Below are positions 1 to 12,270 of a stretch of DNA of 47,222 nucleotides, one piece after another. The notes beneath the pieces are model-generated. The model was given only the letters and a program-made list of their open reading frames with translations. It was not told the DNA's origin and ran no database searches. This DNA is from Octopus bimaculoides (taxonomy: Eukaryota). The DNA is taken from assembly GCF_001194135.2 (NCBI RefSeq), contig NC_068982.1, positions 117,427,162 to 117,474,383 of the forward strand, given 5' to 3'. The first letter of the stretch is position 1; the number at the start of each line of letters is the position of its first letter. The position numbers and the translations under genes are program-made.

Positions 1-160
1 ACATATATATGTATGTATATATGTATATGCATATATATTTACGTATGCATGTATATATATACATATATATGTGTGTGTGCGTATGTATGCGCATATATAC
101 ACATACATATATGCATATATATCTATATGCATACATGTATATAAACACATACGCACACAT
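1..160. repeat. Compound (TA)/(TG)/(CA) microsatellite
   Basis: Direct reading. Confidence 0.9.
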
Positions 161-2231
161 TTTTCTGACAAACGCTGACCGAGGAAATATTTGCGTCAGT
201 AACAATGTTGACATTGTACCACATTGATAGTTAGTTCATGATCATAACAATAGTGAATGGGACGGTTGATTTCATTTTATTGATGTTTGCGTTCTTTGAA
301 GAATTATCAGTGATAGCGAAAACAGTCTTCATATCATTTGCTCAGACATGTTGGTCTGCAAACACGAAGAAATAGATTTGATCTAAACAGTGATCCCGCT
401 GTGAAGTCTGAGTATTTAATTTGATGCTTCGTCGATCTAAAGTTTTTTGGATCGTTTCACTGTGTTGACATAATATGAGTTGTTTTCATTGACTTTAGCT
501 TGTATAACAAACACGTATACTTATTTCTTTGAAATGTAATAACTAATGTCTTTACTATATAAAAACTTTATAATTTTTTGGTGATTATTGAAGTATTATT
601 TACGACCCTTTATAAATCCACAAATATTATAAAAGAAGCTGTTTCTAGTTTTTCACTTCTCTCTTTGAGTACATTCCTTCAAATAGGGTTTGTTAATATC
701 TGTTTACATTTTATTTCAGATAATCGTGTTTTAAAATAAAGGAAAACGTCTTTAGGACATACCAAACATTACACACTACGTAATGAATAACAATATGCTA
801 TATTTAGTGCAATGTTTTATGTCATAAAACCTTCATTAGATGATGTGCGCAACTGATGTATTACAACTTTATATATTTTGAAAAATCTTTAGTTTTTTTT
901 TTTATAATCATGAAATGGATTGAGAGGAATTCTACAACATCAGACGGCGTTTTTCTACGTCTCAGCAGGCTACATCCATGAAATTTGGCTCCACTGATTG
1001 TAAAGAAAGCAGTTTGTTAAGGTCATGATATAACACGGTGCTGGTAAAGAGAATCTTTTGCATTTTTATTCTTGTTATTTATTTATTAACTTCTCTGACT
1101 GTGGCTTGCTTGTATAAGAAATTATTTATTGTTTAAATTAACATCCTGGGGGTCTTGATAAAACACAACAAACAAGAAGAAACTAACATGAAATAATTTA
1201 TTATTAAACTGTTGTGTTTATTTTTTTCATTCGATTTCCCTTACTTTTATATTTTGTTTGAATTAAGCTTATTTCTTTTTCTTTATCACTTCACCGATAA
1301 TCAGTAATCATACTTAAGTATCGGTCTTCAATCTTTGATAGCCGTCAATAACACGAACTAAAAAAAAAAGAGGTAGAAGAAAAAATCAAGAAACAAAAGA
1401 GTATTTATTAAAAATATCGGCAGCGATCAACGAAGGGAAGCTATGATAGGCTGACAACCAGGAAATTGTCAATGACCTGTGAGGATTATAATGAAAATAT
1501 CCAGGACAGCATGAGAAAATGGCAAGTGAAGCAGGAAGAGAAGATGGGAAGTAGCGGCTGCAACACTAAGATAGAGGGCAGTAGGGGGAGCAGTAACATC
1601 TGCAGCTGCTCTGCAGATATATATTTAGAGGAAGAAGGTGTAAAGCGGATATGTGTGTGTGTGTGGGGGGGGGGTTAAGGTATATGAGATGGAAAATAAA
1701 TGACTTGGTCAGCATGAACAATAGACAGAGGAATAGGTTGTGAGAATGACAGAAAGAAATAAAGTGGAAGAAAGTGAAGGAGAAATAAAGTAGGTACAAC
1801 AGGGGTATGTAATAGAAAGAAAGATACTTCGATGGAGTAAAGCATGATTATCAAGAATGAAGAAGTTAAGTATATATGAAGAGAAATCGATAGAGAAAGT
1901 GAACGAGAGAAAAAGGATTCAGAAAGAGTTTTCAGAGATTAAGAACAGAAAAAAAACCTTAATACTGGTAGATGATAGAGATGCAAATTTTGTATATATG
2001 TGCGCGATGTGTGTGTGTAGATCGTATATATGTGTGAGTATTGATAATAGACAGGTAGACAAATAATAGGGAAGAATGTAAAAGAGACATTGTATGTGTT
2101 TGAATATGAGAGTATAGTTATTTAAGGTAGGATGATGGAACGTTGCAAAGTAAGAAAGACCGGAAAAAGAACGAATAGACACATTAAAAAGATTAAAACA
2201 CATGTCTGCATATATAAGGAACATAGACAGG

Positions 2232-3234
2232 CATGTATATGTGTGTATGTATGTATGTATGTATTATGTATGTATGTATGTATGTATGTATGTATGTATG
2301 TATTATGTATGTATGTATGTATGTATGNNNNNNNNNNNNNNNNNNNNNNNNNNNNNNNNNNNNNNNNNNNNNNNNNNNNNNNNNNNNNNNNNNNNNNNNN
2401 NNNNNNNNNNNNNNNNNNNNNNNNNNNNNNNNNNNNNNNNNNNNNNNNNNNNNNNNNNNNNNNNNNNNNNNNNNNNNNNNNNNNNNNNNNNNNNNNNNNN
2501 NNNNNNNNNNNNNNNNNNNNNNNNNNNNNNNNNNNNNNNNNNNNNNNNNNNNNNNNNNNNNNNNNNNNNNNNNNNNNNNNNNNNNNNNNNNNNNNNNNNN
2601 NNNNNNNNNNNNNNNNNNNNNNNNNNNNNNNNNNNNNNNNNNNNNNNNNNNNNNNNNNNNNNNNNNNNNNNNNNNNNNNNNNNNNNNNNNNNNNNNNNNN
2701 NNNNNNNNNNNNNNNNNNNNNNNNNNNNNNNNNNNNNNNNNNNNNNNNNNNNNNNNNNNNNNNNNNNNNNNNNNNNNNNNNNNNNNNNNNNNNNNNNNNN
2801 NNNNNNNNNNNNNNNNNNNNNNNNNNNNNNNNNNNNNNNNNNNNNNNNNNNNNNNNNNNNNNNNNNNNNNNNNNNNNNNNNNNNNNNNNNNNNNNNNNNN
2901 NNNNNNNNNNNNNNNNNNNNNNNNNNNNNNNNNNNNNNNNNNNNNNNNNNNNNNNNNNNNNNNNNNNNNNNNNNNNNNNNNNNNNNNNNNNNNNNNNNNN
3001 NNNNNNNNNNNNNNNNNNNNNNNNNNNNNNNNNNNNNNNNNNNNNNNNNNNNNNNNNNNNNNNNNNNNNNNNNNNNNNNNNNNNNNNNNNNNNNNNNNNN
3101 NNNNNNNNNNNNNNNNNNNNNNNNNNNNNNNNNNNNNNNNNNNNNNNNNNNNNNNNNNNNNNNNNNNNNNNNNNNNNNNNNNNNNNNNNNNNNNNNNNNN
3201 NNNNNNNNNNNNNNNNNNNNNNNNNNNNGTATAT

Positions 3235-3297
<63 letters not shown>

Positions 3298-3306
3298 CCT
3301 ATCTAC

Positions 3307-3375
<69 letters not shown>

Positions 3376-3376
3376 G
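2232..3376. repeat. (ATGT)n - assembly gap 2328-3228 - (ATCT)n
   Basis: Direct reading. This explains the 383-455 aa ORFs in the track. Confidence 0.95.
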
Positions 3377-4131
3377 ATATATAGTAAAGACATATGTATA
3401 TAGACGTAAATGCGCACACATATACAAGCACGCATTCGCCCACTTTGTGATTCTGTCACTGTCTCAGTTTGTCTGTCGGTCTCTGTATGTTTGTCTGCCT
3501 GTCTCTCTTTCTCTCACACACACATATCTGTATATAATATATACATACAATGATGAATATCGAAGGTAGAAACAAATTAAAACGAAGTGTATTGGAGAGA
3601 TAGAGAATTAGACAGGGAAATATATTATAGATAGATATATAGGTAGAGTGATAAGGACTGGCAGTGAAAGAGAGATTAAAAGAGAGAAAAAATAACATAG
3701 CAGATATATACAAGGTAACAATTGCCACCAGCTACCCACAGCAAATCGAGTCATATGTAAGTGGGAAAGTTGGGATGGAAAGGAAATAGCGTATGACAAA
3801 ATAATCAACAATTAAATCTAGCGCAACAATGAAAAGCTGTCGAATGCTGATTAAGCAAAAACATAAATAAAACCATGATGAGGAAAGCTGTATTCAGTCA
3901 AGTAAGCATTTTGTTTGATTCTATCTGTTTGCTTGCTAGACATTCTCTTGACATGATCTGACAGCGTGTAATTGCATTGAGAGTCTCCGGGCTAAGCAAA
4001 CACTCTCCTACCGTACATTGCGCATGCAACCATAGGTGGTCCCATACACATACATACACACGCACACACATACGGATTATAATACATATGGATGTACACA
4101 CATGGCTGTGTATGTGATGTGTGTTTGTGTG

Positions 4132-4133
<2 letters not shown>

Positions 4134-4179
<46 letters not shown>

Positions 4180-4586
4180 NNNNNNNNNNNNNNNNNNNNN
4201 NNNNNNNNNNNNNNNNNNNNNNNNNNNNNNNNNNNNNNNNNNNNNNNNNNNNNNNNNNNNNNNNNNNNNNNNNNNNNNNNNNNNNNNNNNNNNNNNNNNN
4301 NNNNNNNNNNNNNNNNNNNNNNNNNNNNNNNNNNNNNNNNNNNNNNNNNNNNNNNNNNNNNNNNNNNNNNNNNNNNNNNNNNNNNNNNNNNNNNNNNNNN
4401 NNNNNNNNNNNNNNNNNNNNNNNNNNNNNNNNNNNNNNNNNNNNNNNNNNNNNNNNNNNNNNNNNNNNNNNNNNNNNNNNNNNNNNNNNNNNNNNNNNNN
4501 NNNNNNNNNNNNNNNNNNNNNNNNNNNNNNNNNNNNNNNNNNNNNNNNNNNNNNNNNNNNNNNATATATATATATATATATATACA
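4134..4586. repeat. (GA)n - gap 4180-4563 - (TA)n
   Basis: Direct reading. Confidence 0.95.
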
Positions 4587-7089
4587 TTGTGCTATATATA
4601 TACAAAGCACAAACCCACACACGGACACTTTATGTAGGTATGGATTTGGAAAAGTTTCAGTTTGTGCTACAAACTGGAAAAAGTGTTCATAACAAAGTAG
4701 GATTTTGCATACTTTATAGTTAGCAGAATTGTATAGAATGACTTCGGATTACTGGAGTCAAATAGTGCCACCATATTAAAAATTTTGATAAACACAACGA
4801 AATATGAATGCATGCGAAGAGGTCAAAAGAAACGTCGTCAGGTGACAATTTTTGCATTCTTATGCATGATATTTCTATGTCTTCGTGTGATATATGTAAG
4901 ACACACAGTTTTCTACTGTTGCTAATGTTGAGGAATACCTGGATATTTGCCTTTTAATATATAACCATTTCCGTGTTTGAATAAATCCATTAAATGTGGT
5001 TCTTACAAGTTTTAATTGGAAAATTCTTAAGGAAAACTGATGGTAGTGTTATTGAGATTTTTGACTTATTTCGGTAATTTGATCTAAATTGCAAAAGGCT
5101 ATTTTCTCGACGAGTGACAAGCGTCATCCTCTCTGGAGATGTTTGAGTAGGTAGATACATATTTTATAACTGTTGCATTGCAAGTTGTTGGTAATATAAT
5201 CACTCATATATTTATATTAAGTTGATGAAACTAAATACTGAGTGCCTGAACGTTAACACATAATGGAGAATTTTGTTTTTAATATGATTTTCAAAATGCC
5301 TTATATAGATTTTTTCATTATTATATGGATTATCAGCACTATTAAGATTTAGAAATATCACTGGTCGCTCAAGAGATAAATATCAGAGAGGTGCTGGAAT
5401 TACAGAGGGCTGAATAAAATCATTTTGTCTTCCTAACTGGAATATTTTTAGTTTATACTTGCAGTGAATGCAACAAAATTTTGAGATCATCTCTAGCTAA
5501 CATTAAAGAAATATTCAGTTAATATAATATACAAAATTTCTTGGGAAGGGCTAACTTATAGGGCAGGTTCTACCAACATAAATCGAATAGTTAAACTATA
5601 AAGCGTACAATAATGCATATCGTTTCCTTTGTTATTATTGCGGTGCCATTTTTCCACTTGTTAACATCATGGTGTTATTTGAATCTGAAAATCAACCATC
5701 TTTCCGAAGGTTCCAAACATGAATAAGCTATGAAATGATGTTCGACATATACAAAACATAAGCGTAAAATAAAGGAGAGTAGCCCTTATATATCATTGGA
5801 AAAGCAGTGGCTATGGTTATGTATTTCAAACAATAGTGGCACTGATTGGTGAAATATCAGTCATAAACAGTTGGCACTAACCTAGTATATCCCTAAATTG
5901 TCTACTAGCAGCGCTGTTATCATAGATCATCTTTTATAAAAGCAAATTATGTGTAACGCGAATCCTAAACAATTTATTACTCACTCTAAATCTTGTAATA
6001 TAAAATGTCTCTCCTCCTTAAGACAAATTTTGCAAGTAAATCTTTATTTCAAAATAGCAAATCATTGCATATCTCTCCTTTATAAAATGCTTTCTAGAGG
6101 CATATATATACATGGATAATGTCAACAATAACCACTACATAATACCCTTATCTGTTCGGGGAGGTCATAACAGCCAGCAACAACACACCTACGCGTTGCA
6201 TAAAATATAAAATTTAAAAGAAAGTAAATGGAAACCTGATATGAAACGGTAAAGTAATTTTCTGTTGCTTGGAGGAAGAAATGCCTACAAGATTGGCAGG
6301 GGGAAGGGACAAAGTTATTCACAGACCAGAAAGTTAGTTAAAGGATAGAAATAAAACTTATTCCTACTTAAAGTACTTAAAGACAACATTTCGGTATTAA
6401 AACTAGCTACGGATTAATTGTTCCACTCACAAGCATAAAAGGTTCCTCTATCAGTATTCCACACATTAACTGTCGACCATTAACTGTGGAATTCTGTACA
6501 AATGACGCTATGGAAAATATTTTCGAAACAATTGGCCAACGTGTAGCACCATAGGAAACTTCTTAATTATCAGTTACACATTTCAATGGATATAACATGC
6601 ACCTTAATTTTTTCTGTAAAAGAAAATGCAAGGTACATATAAATAATGAAAGAGTTATTTGAACAGAAAATGGATCGCCTACTTGATTCTTTGGCCATTT
6701 AAGAATGTGAAACACATCCCGTTCACATCATATCTTACCTCCTTAAAAAGGTATCTCATGGAACTGTTACGGCTATAAATTCTTTAGTAATCGGCCTAAA
6801 GGCATAAAAACAAAATAAACAACGATATCCTGCTAAAATTATTTAAACGGCTATTATACTTATTACAGCACACACCTGAACAAAATATTGATATAGTCTA
6901 CCATATTTCACACTTTAATACGGGGTTATTATATTATAAGATAATGATATAATCTATTACATCGTGCACTCGATCACAACGCTATTATACTGTATCACGT
7001 CGTGTAGTTCAATGACTCATTGTCATACATACATGCACATTATATAAGTGTGTTTATTTGTCTGTCAGTGTACGTATGTGTGTGCTTCC

Positions 7090-7295
7090 GTATTTTTAAT
7101 CGTATCTATTTATCTATATGGCATTTATATAAGCTTAAACCGACCGCCATGCAAAGACTAAAGAAAATAGTTTAATGGTGCATGTAAGCCCTCGACAGAA
7201 AAAGAGGAGGCTTTCGCATCTGCATAGGACACTAACCCATATTCCTTTGTTAACGCGACGAAATGTGCTACCATTACACCAGCGAATTAGCCTCT
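7090..7295 (-). mobile_element. Possible third, old tRNA-derived SINE or tRNA-like remnant
   Basis: Reverse complement CGCTGGTGTAATGGTAGCAC has an A-box/D-arm like tRNA-Gln/Gly, followed by a degenerate B-box GGGTTAGTGTCC. No cloverleaf could be folded. Confidence 0.4.
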
Positions 7296-7442
7296 CTGTG
7301 CCTATAAAATTGAAGAACTATATTAGTTCGTAGTCGTTTTTTGTAAACAAACTTCTACGTGCGAATGGTTTTGTTACATGTGGTCGAGTTTAACAATACT
7401 GTAAATAATAGTAATAGTATTTATATAAGTTAAGCAAACCAA

Positions 7443-7504
<62 letters not shown>
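7443..7504. repeat. (AAT)n, ~20 perfect units
   Basis: Direct reading. Confidence 0.95.
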
Positions 7505-7506
<2 letters not shown>

Positions 7507-7825
7507 CCCAAAATATATCTTTTAATGTTTACCAGAAGCAAGAGAGTGACCCAAGGGCCGAGAGTTTCGTTTGGCCCTTACCAAACAATTACAGTTGTGG
7601 ATTTGTATAACCCGTGATAATTAGATTACCCTGCATAGTTCTAGAACGTATTATAATTACATGGATATCCCACAGTTTTCCCGATATACTGTTCAATAAG
7701 TAATTACATAAATAAACAACGGAAAATTTGTGTCTTTTACACACTCATGTAAAAGTGTTTGTGAATATAAACACAGTACATACATAAACATATCCAAACT
7801 CGGGCATGCATAATTAAGGATATGC

Positions 7826-7908
7826 ATACACACACACAAACACACACACACACGCACACACACACACACACACGCATGCACTGAAATACCACACCCCATA
7901 TATATACA

Positions 7909-7939
<31 letters not shown>

Positions 7940-7967
7940 NNNNNNNNNNNNNNNNNNNNNNNNNNNN

Positions 7968-8015
<48 letters not shown>

Positions 8016-8092
8016 TTTGTGTGTGTGTGTGTGTGTGAGTGTGTGTGTTTGTGTGTGTGTTTGTGTGTGTGTGTGTATGTATGTATATATGA
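7826..8092. repeat. (CA)n, (TA)n, small gap, (TG)n compound microsatellite
   Basis: Direct reading. Confidence 0.92.
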
Positions 8093-8279
8093 TAGAAATA
8101 TGTTACAAAAACAAAACAGAAAATACACGTGGAAATGTAAGGGGAAAGTAAGAAGAAAAATAAGCGAAAATGCACATTGGAAATCAAAAAGTTTAATGGC
8201 TTTTTATGAAAAGTAACGATAGATATATACAATTACACGAGTTGAGGTAGGAATAAAAGTAATAAAAATCATTATCGTG

Positions 8280-8985
8280 AATTGTTAAAGAGATTCAAAA
8301 GCATACCGGTTTCGTAAAGTTAGTAATCATTGCTTTGGATGCACACCAATTACTGAACGGTGTCAGGTCTACTAGTCCCTGAGTAAAAAGATTATGTGTA
8401 AGGAAGGTAAGTAGTTCTGGATTTGGTGCAATTAAGGTAGATATAAATCTGTAATGTGAATGGTGTATGGGATGTATGGTGGTTAGCGGTATTAATTGAA
8501 AGGTTAGTACTGTTTTCTATTATGTTAAGTGTTCATATTTAGTTGTGGGAGATATTTATTGATGAAAGTTGCTTCTTTATCCATTCTTTGTTGTACTGAG
8601 GTGTTCTGCGAACATTGATAGAAGGGGAAAAATAGGAAATTAGGATTAAGATTCCTAGCACACCTTTCTATGTGTCCTGACCTGTATCTGCCTGTATTGT
8701 GGGTGGCGGATTTGTTCTTTGTGGAGAGTGGTTCTTCGACGGAGTGATATTCCTGTTTGGCTAATATAATTATTACCACACCATAAGCATGTAATGGCAT
8801 AAATCAAATTTTCCGAGGCACAGGTGAAATTTGATTTCATCTTAAATATTTCACCTTGTTTAAAGTGAAACTCTGAACCATCCAAAAGGTGGAGGCATGT
8901 ACCATAGTTAGGTCAACCACATTTTTTCACTTTTGGTTCTGTTGTTAATGGATATAGTCTTCCGCTGGTTAATATTTTTTCAATG
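8280..8985 (-). mobile_element. Penelope-like retroelement 3' fragment (GIY-YIG endonuclease, decayed) with downstream hammerhead remnant
   Basis: Minus-strand translation KILTSGRLYPLTTEPKVKKCG*PNYGTCLHLLDGSEFHF...FTCASENLIYAITCLWCGNNYISQTGISLRRRTTLHKEQIR, then frameshifted ...FPFYQCSQNTSVQQRMDKEATFINKYLPQLN. This matches the PLE GIY-YIG pattern (NLIYxITCxxC...YIGQT...R...H; E..I....P.LN). It contains one in-frame stop and a frameshift. Confidence 0.85.
8298..8336 (-). ncRNA. Degenerate minimal type I hammerhead ribozyme (PLE-associated)
   Basis: Minus strand reads AAAGCA-ATGATTA-CTAACTTTAC-GAAA-CCGG-TA-TGCTTT. Stem I (AAAGCA/TGCTTT) is perfect and stem III is the palindrome ACCGGT with a GUA cleavage triplet. 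The core deviates from CTGATGA at 2 positions and the first stem II base is mismatched. Confidence 0.6.
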
Positions 8986-9159
8986 ATTGAAGTTGCATAG
9001 CCCTTATAGCCACAAATATAGCACAAGTCAATGCACTGACAAGGGAGTTATAATTTACACATTACCACTGGGGAAAACAAATTATAAATGTTTATGAAAA
9101 TTTCAAACACACGCACAACACATACACACACATATGTGTGCATGTACATATATATCCCT

Positions 9160-9345
9160 TTCATTCTTTTACTAGTTTCAGTCAGTTAACTGCGTCCATG
9201 CTGGAGTACCACTTTTAGCCGAAGCAATCGACCCCAGGACTTATTTTTTGTAAGACTAGTACTTATTTTATCCTGCTAAGATAAGAGTACTTACACAGAC
9301 CAAGGTTGTCAAGCGAAGGCGGAGAGACTAACGGAGACTCAAATA
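9160..9345 (-). mobile_element. Family A SINE 3' half
   Basis: Plus strand CTTTTACTAGTTTCAGTCAG...CCATGCTGGAGTACC...ATCGACCCCAGGACTTATT...CTAGTACTTATT...GGTTGTCAAGCG is the reverse complement of the family 3' end. Confidence 0.78.
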
Positions 9346-12045
9346 CATACGCACACATATGTGTGTGTCTGTGTGTATNNNNNNNNNNNNNNNNNNNNNN
9401 NNNNNNNNNNNNNNNNNNNNNNNNNNNNNNNNNNNNNNNNNNNNNNNNNNNNNNNNNNNNNNNNNNNNNNNNNNNNNNCGTGCGTGCGTGTGTATGTGTG
9501 TATTTGTGTGTATGTGTATGTCTGTGTACGTGCACGCGTGTTAGTGTGTGTGTGCGTGTATTCGTGTGTTCGTGTCTGTGTGTGTGAATGTTTTCAAGTG
9601 TGTATTTGTATATACATATATCTATGAATATAAATATCTCCTTGCTCTCTTATGAGGAAAAGAAAGCTGTAATATTTGGTCTTCTTGTAAGAAATCAATG
9701 AAACCAGTTATCTTTGTTGTTTGTAGTACTGTCATCTTTCGGACTACAACCACCTAATGAGAACTTAACTCTTTGAATTTATCAAATACATATATGTATA
9801 CATATACACATTTATATATACATACTTAGACACGAACACATGTCTTCGGTGATCATATAAAACATGGTTTTATTGCTACTTGATTAGATATATGCTATTT
9901 ACTGAAAAATACATTTGTCTGGTTTAATCGTATTAGATGACCAGACAATGGCAGTATGCCATGCTGTATCTCAATATTGTATGAATAACATGTCAGAATT
10001 TATCGATCGAAGAGAGTCCACATGATATATGCTTGCCAGACGCCATGGATATTGAGAATTACTTACAAAATATTACATTTTCCTCAACGCTATGAAGGAG
10101 AAAAATATAAAATCTCCCGAATAAATGGTTATGCTTTCACCAATGAAGTATTAACACTATCTATTCATTGAAATCTGTATCTAAAATGCATCACACTGAA
10201 ATGCATCTGAACAATTTATAACAGAACTGGATTGATCTGTGTGATAAAGAAACCATGAATATTAAATTTGCTGCTGAGATAATATTTATAACTGAAAATA
10301 AATCTTAGCCAATAGACTACGATATCAAGAATATGTTGAAAAATACATGTAAAATTTATGAGTAATTTTTCCTACTATTGGGAAACAAAAATCGCTGTAT
10401 ATTTCAATATATATCTAAAATCATTGGGAAAAATAAGCAATGACTAACTCAAGCGCCAGGGAAAGCAAATTACAGAAATATACCTAAGTATTTTGTAATA
10501 AATAAGATATTAGAACATACTTAAATATGGTTATATCCAATAATTTATATTTTACAAAATTTTGAGAAACAAATATATAATCAGGTGACATTTTCTGGTT
10601 ACTTACACTGTAGTAGTTATTATAGCGTGTACCTATAAGAATATATTCAATGGAATATGACGGTTGGTGATATGGTTCATAGAGCAATTAACTAAATACC
10701 TCAACGTATTTAATTATGTTTATTCGTATCATGAGCTTAATAACACCCGTAGTAAACTTTGCTTTGCGTCGAAATAGTAAATTAGTGAGAGAAATTTCAT
10801 ATTCTATTTCTGTTTTCAAAATGATGGCAGCATATCCGAGAAATTGTAAGGTCCATGAAAGACTTGAATCTAACTCTCCGGTATCAGTCTTCCATATCCA
10901 ATAAAACCGTTGTAAATCTTCATGTAAGATGTGTGCCATGTATTATAACTTTGCTCTATTTATCTCTTTTTCCACACAAACACACACACACGTATATNNN
11001 NNNNNNNNNNNNNNNNNNNNNNNNNNNNNNNNNNNNNNNNNNNNNNNNNNNNNNNNNNNNNNNNNNNNNNNNNNNNNNNNNNNNNNNNNNNNNNNNNNNN
11101 NNNNNNNNNNNNNNNNNNNNNNNNNNNNNNNNNNNNNNNNNNNNNNNNNNNNNNNNNNNNNNNNNNNNNNNNNNNNNNNNNNNNNNNNNNNNNNNNNNNN
11201 NNNNNNNNNNNNNNNNNNNNNNNNNNNNNNNNNNNNNNNNNNNNNNNNNNNNNNNNNNNNNNNNNNNNNNNNNNNNNNNNNNNNNNNNNNNNNNNNNNNN
11301 NNNNNNNNNNNNNNNNNNNNNNNNNNNNNNNNNNNNNNNNNNNNNNNNNNNNNNNNNNNNNNNNNNNNNNNNNNNNNNNNNNNNNNNNNNNNNNNATATA
11401 TATGTATGCATGTATGTATGTATGTATTATGTATGCATATATGTATATATTGAGGGTGATAAATTGAATATTAATTTAATTAACATCAATTTAAAACCAG
11501 TGGCCTAGCATATAAAAAATCTGAAAATTCAGAAAAATTGTATTACATGCGTATAGGAAGGGATGACCACTAAGTGGACATCTGATATGCCAGATATAGT
11601 TCACCTACGATCTGACCACAACGAAAAAACTTTCTACAGAAAAAAATCGGCAAACACCAGAACATAAGCGGGCAAGACAAATGAAAATGTGCAAAATAAA
11701 GAATTAATCGTAGACCGGGTTTCGCCATTAACTCTTTTTTACATGCGTAAAAACGTCCGTGACTCGTGAGTACGACCGTTCTAATTCAATATAATTTGCA
11801 GAACTATACACGAAGTTTCTTCATAAAGTTTGACATGTCTACAGTTCTACCGATTACAATGGAATTATTTTCAAATGTCTCAGCAGGATTTAGCGCACCA
11901 GAGCTGAGACATTTACTTATATTACGACCCAGAATTGATTAATAGAGTTTTTTTCTCTAAATAATATACATATATTATATATTGTGAAATTTGATTTAGA
12001 ATTGCTAAATTGAATTTTTCCCTGTAAGATTTGTATTTGTATTAC

Positions 12046-12046
12046 C

Positions 12047-12115
<69 letters not shown>

Positions 12116-12160
12116 CATTATTATATATACACATAGATACGTATACCTACATACATACAT

Positions 12161-12215
<55 letters not shown>

Positions 12216-12270
12216 ATGTGTGTGTGTGTGTGTATGCATGTATCTATATATACCTATATATATGTATATA
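12046..12270. repeat. (ATT)n followed by (TA)/(TG) microsatellite
   Basis: Direct reading. This explains the poly-Leu ORF 12031-12378. Confidence 0.93.

Noticed and set aside
3898-4050. Peptide LWLHAQCTVGECLLSPETLNAITRCQIMSRECLAS on the minus strand
   Set aside because: It has no credible splice acceptor (it begins in a TG microsatellite) and no recognised family.
2132-4723. Long ORFs of 183-455 aa in the track
   Set aside because: They consist of N-runs and (ATGT)n/(ATCT)n/(GA)n translations. The same applies to ORFs spanning the other gaps and CA/TG tracts.
4810-4845. GAAGAGGTC...GAAACGTCGTC, hammerhead-like words
   Set aside because: The CTGA is incomplete, there is no stem II partner strand and no stem I.
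6122-6322. Small minus-strand exon-like pieces (AFLPPSNRKLLYRFIS; CVVAGCYDLPEQIR)
   Set aside because: They are short, the donors are weak, and there is no independent support.
7545-7600. Hairpins around AAGGGCC/GGCCCTT and GTTTGG/CCAAAC with GAAAC on the minus strand
   Set aside because: There is no CTGANGA box and the 6-7 bp stems are within chance.
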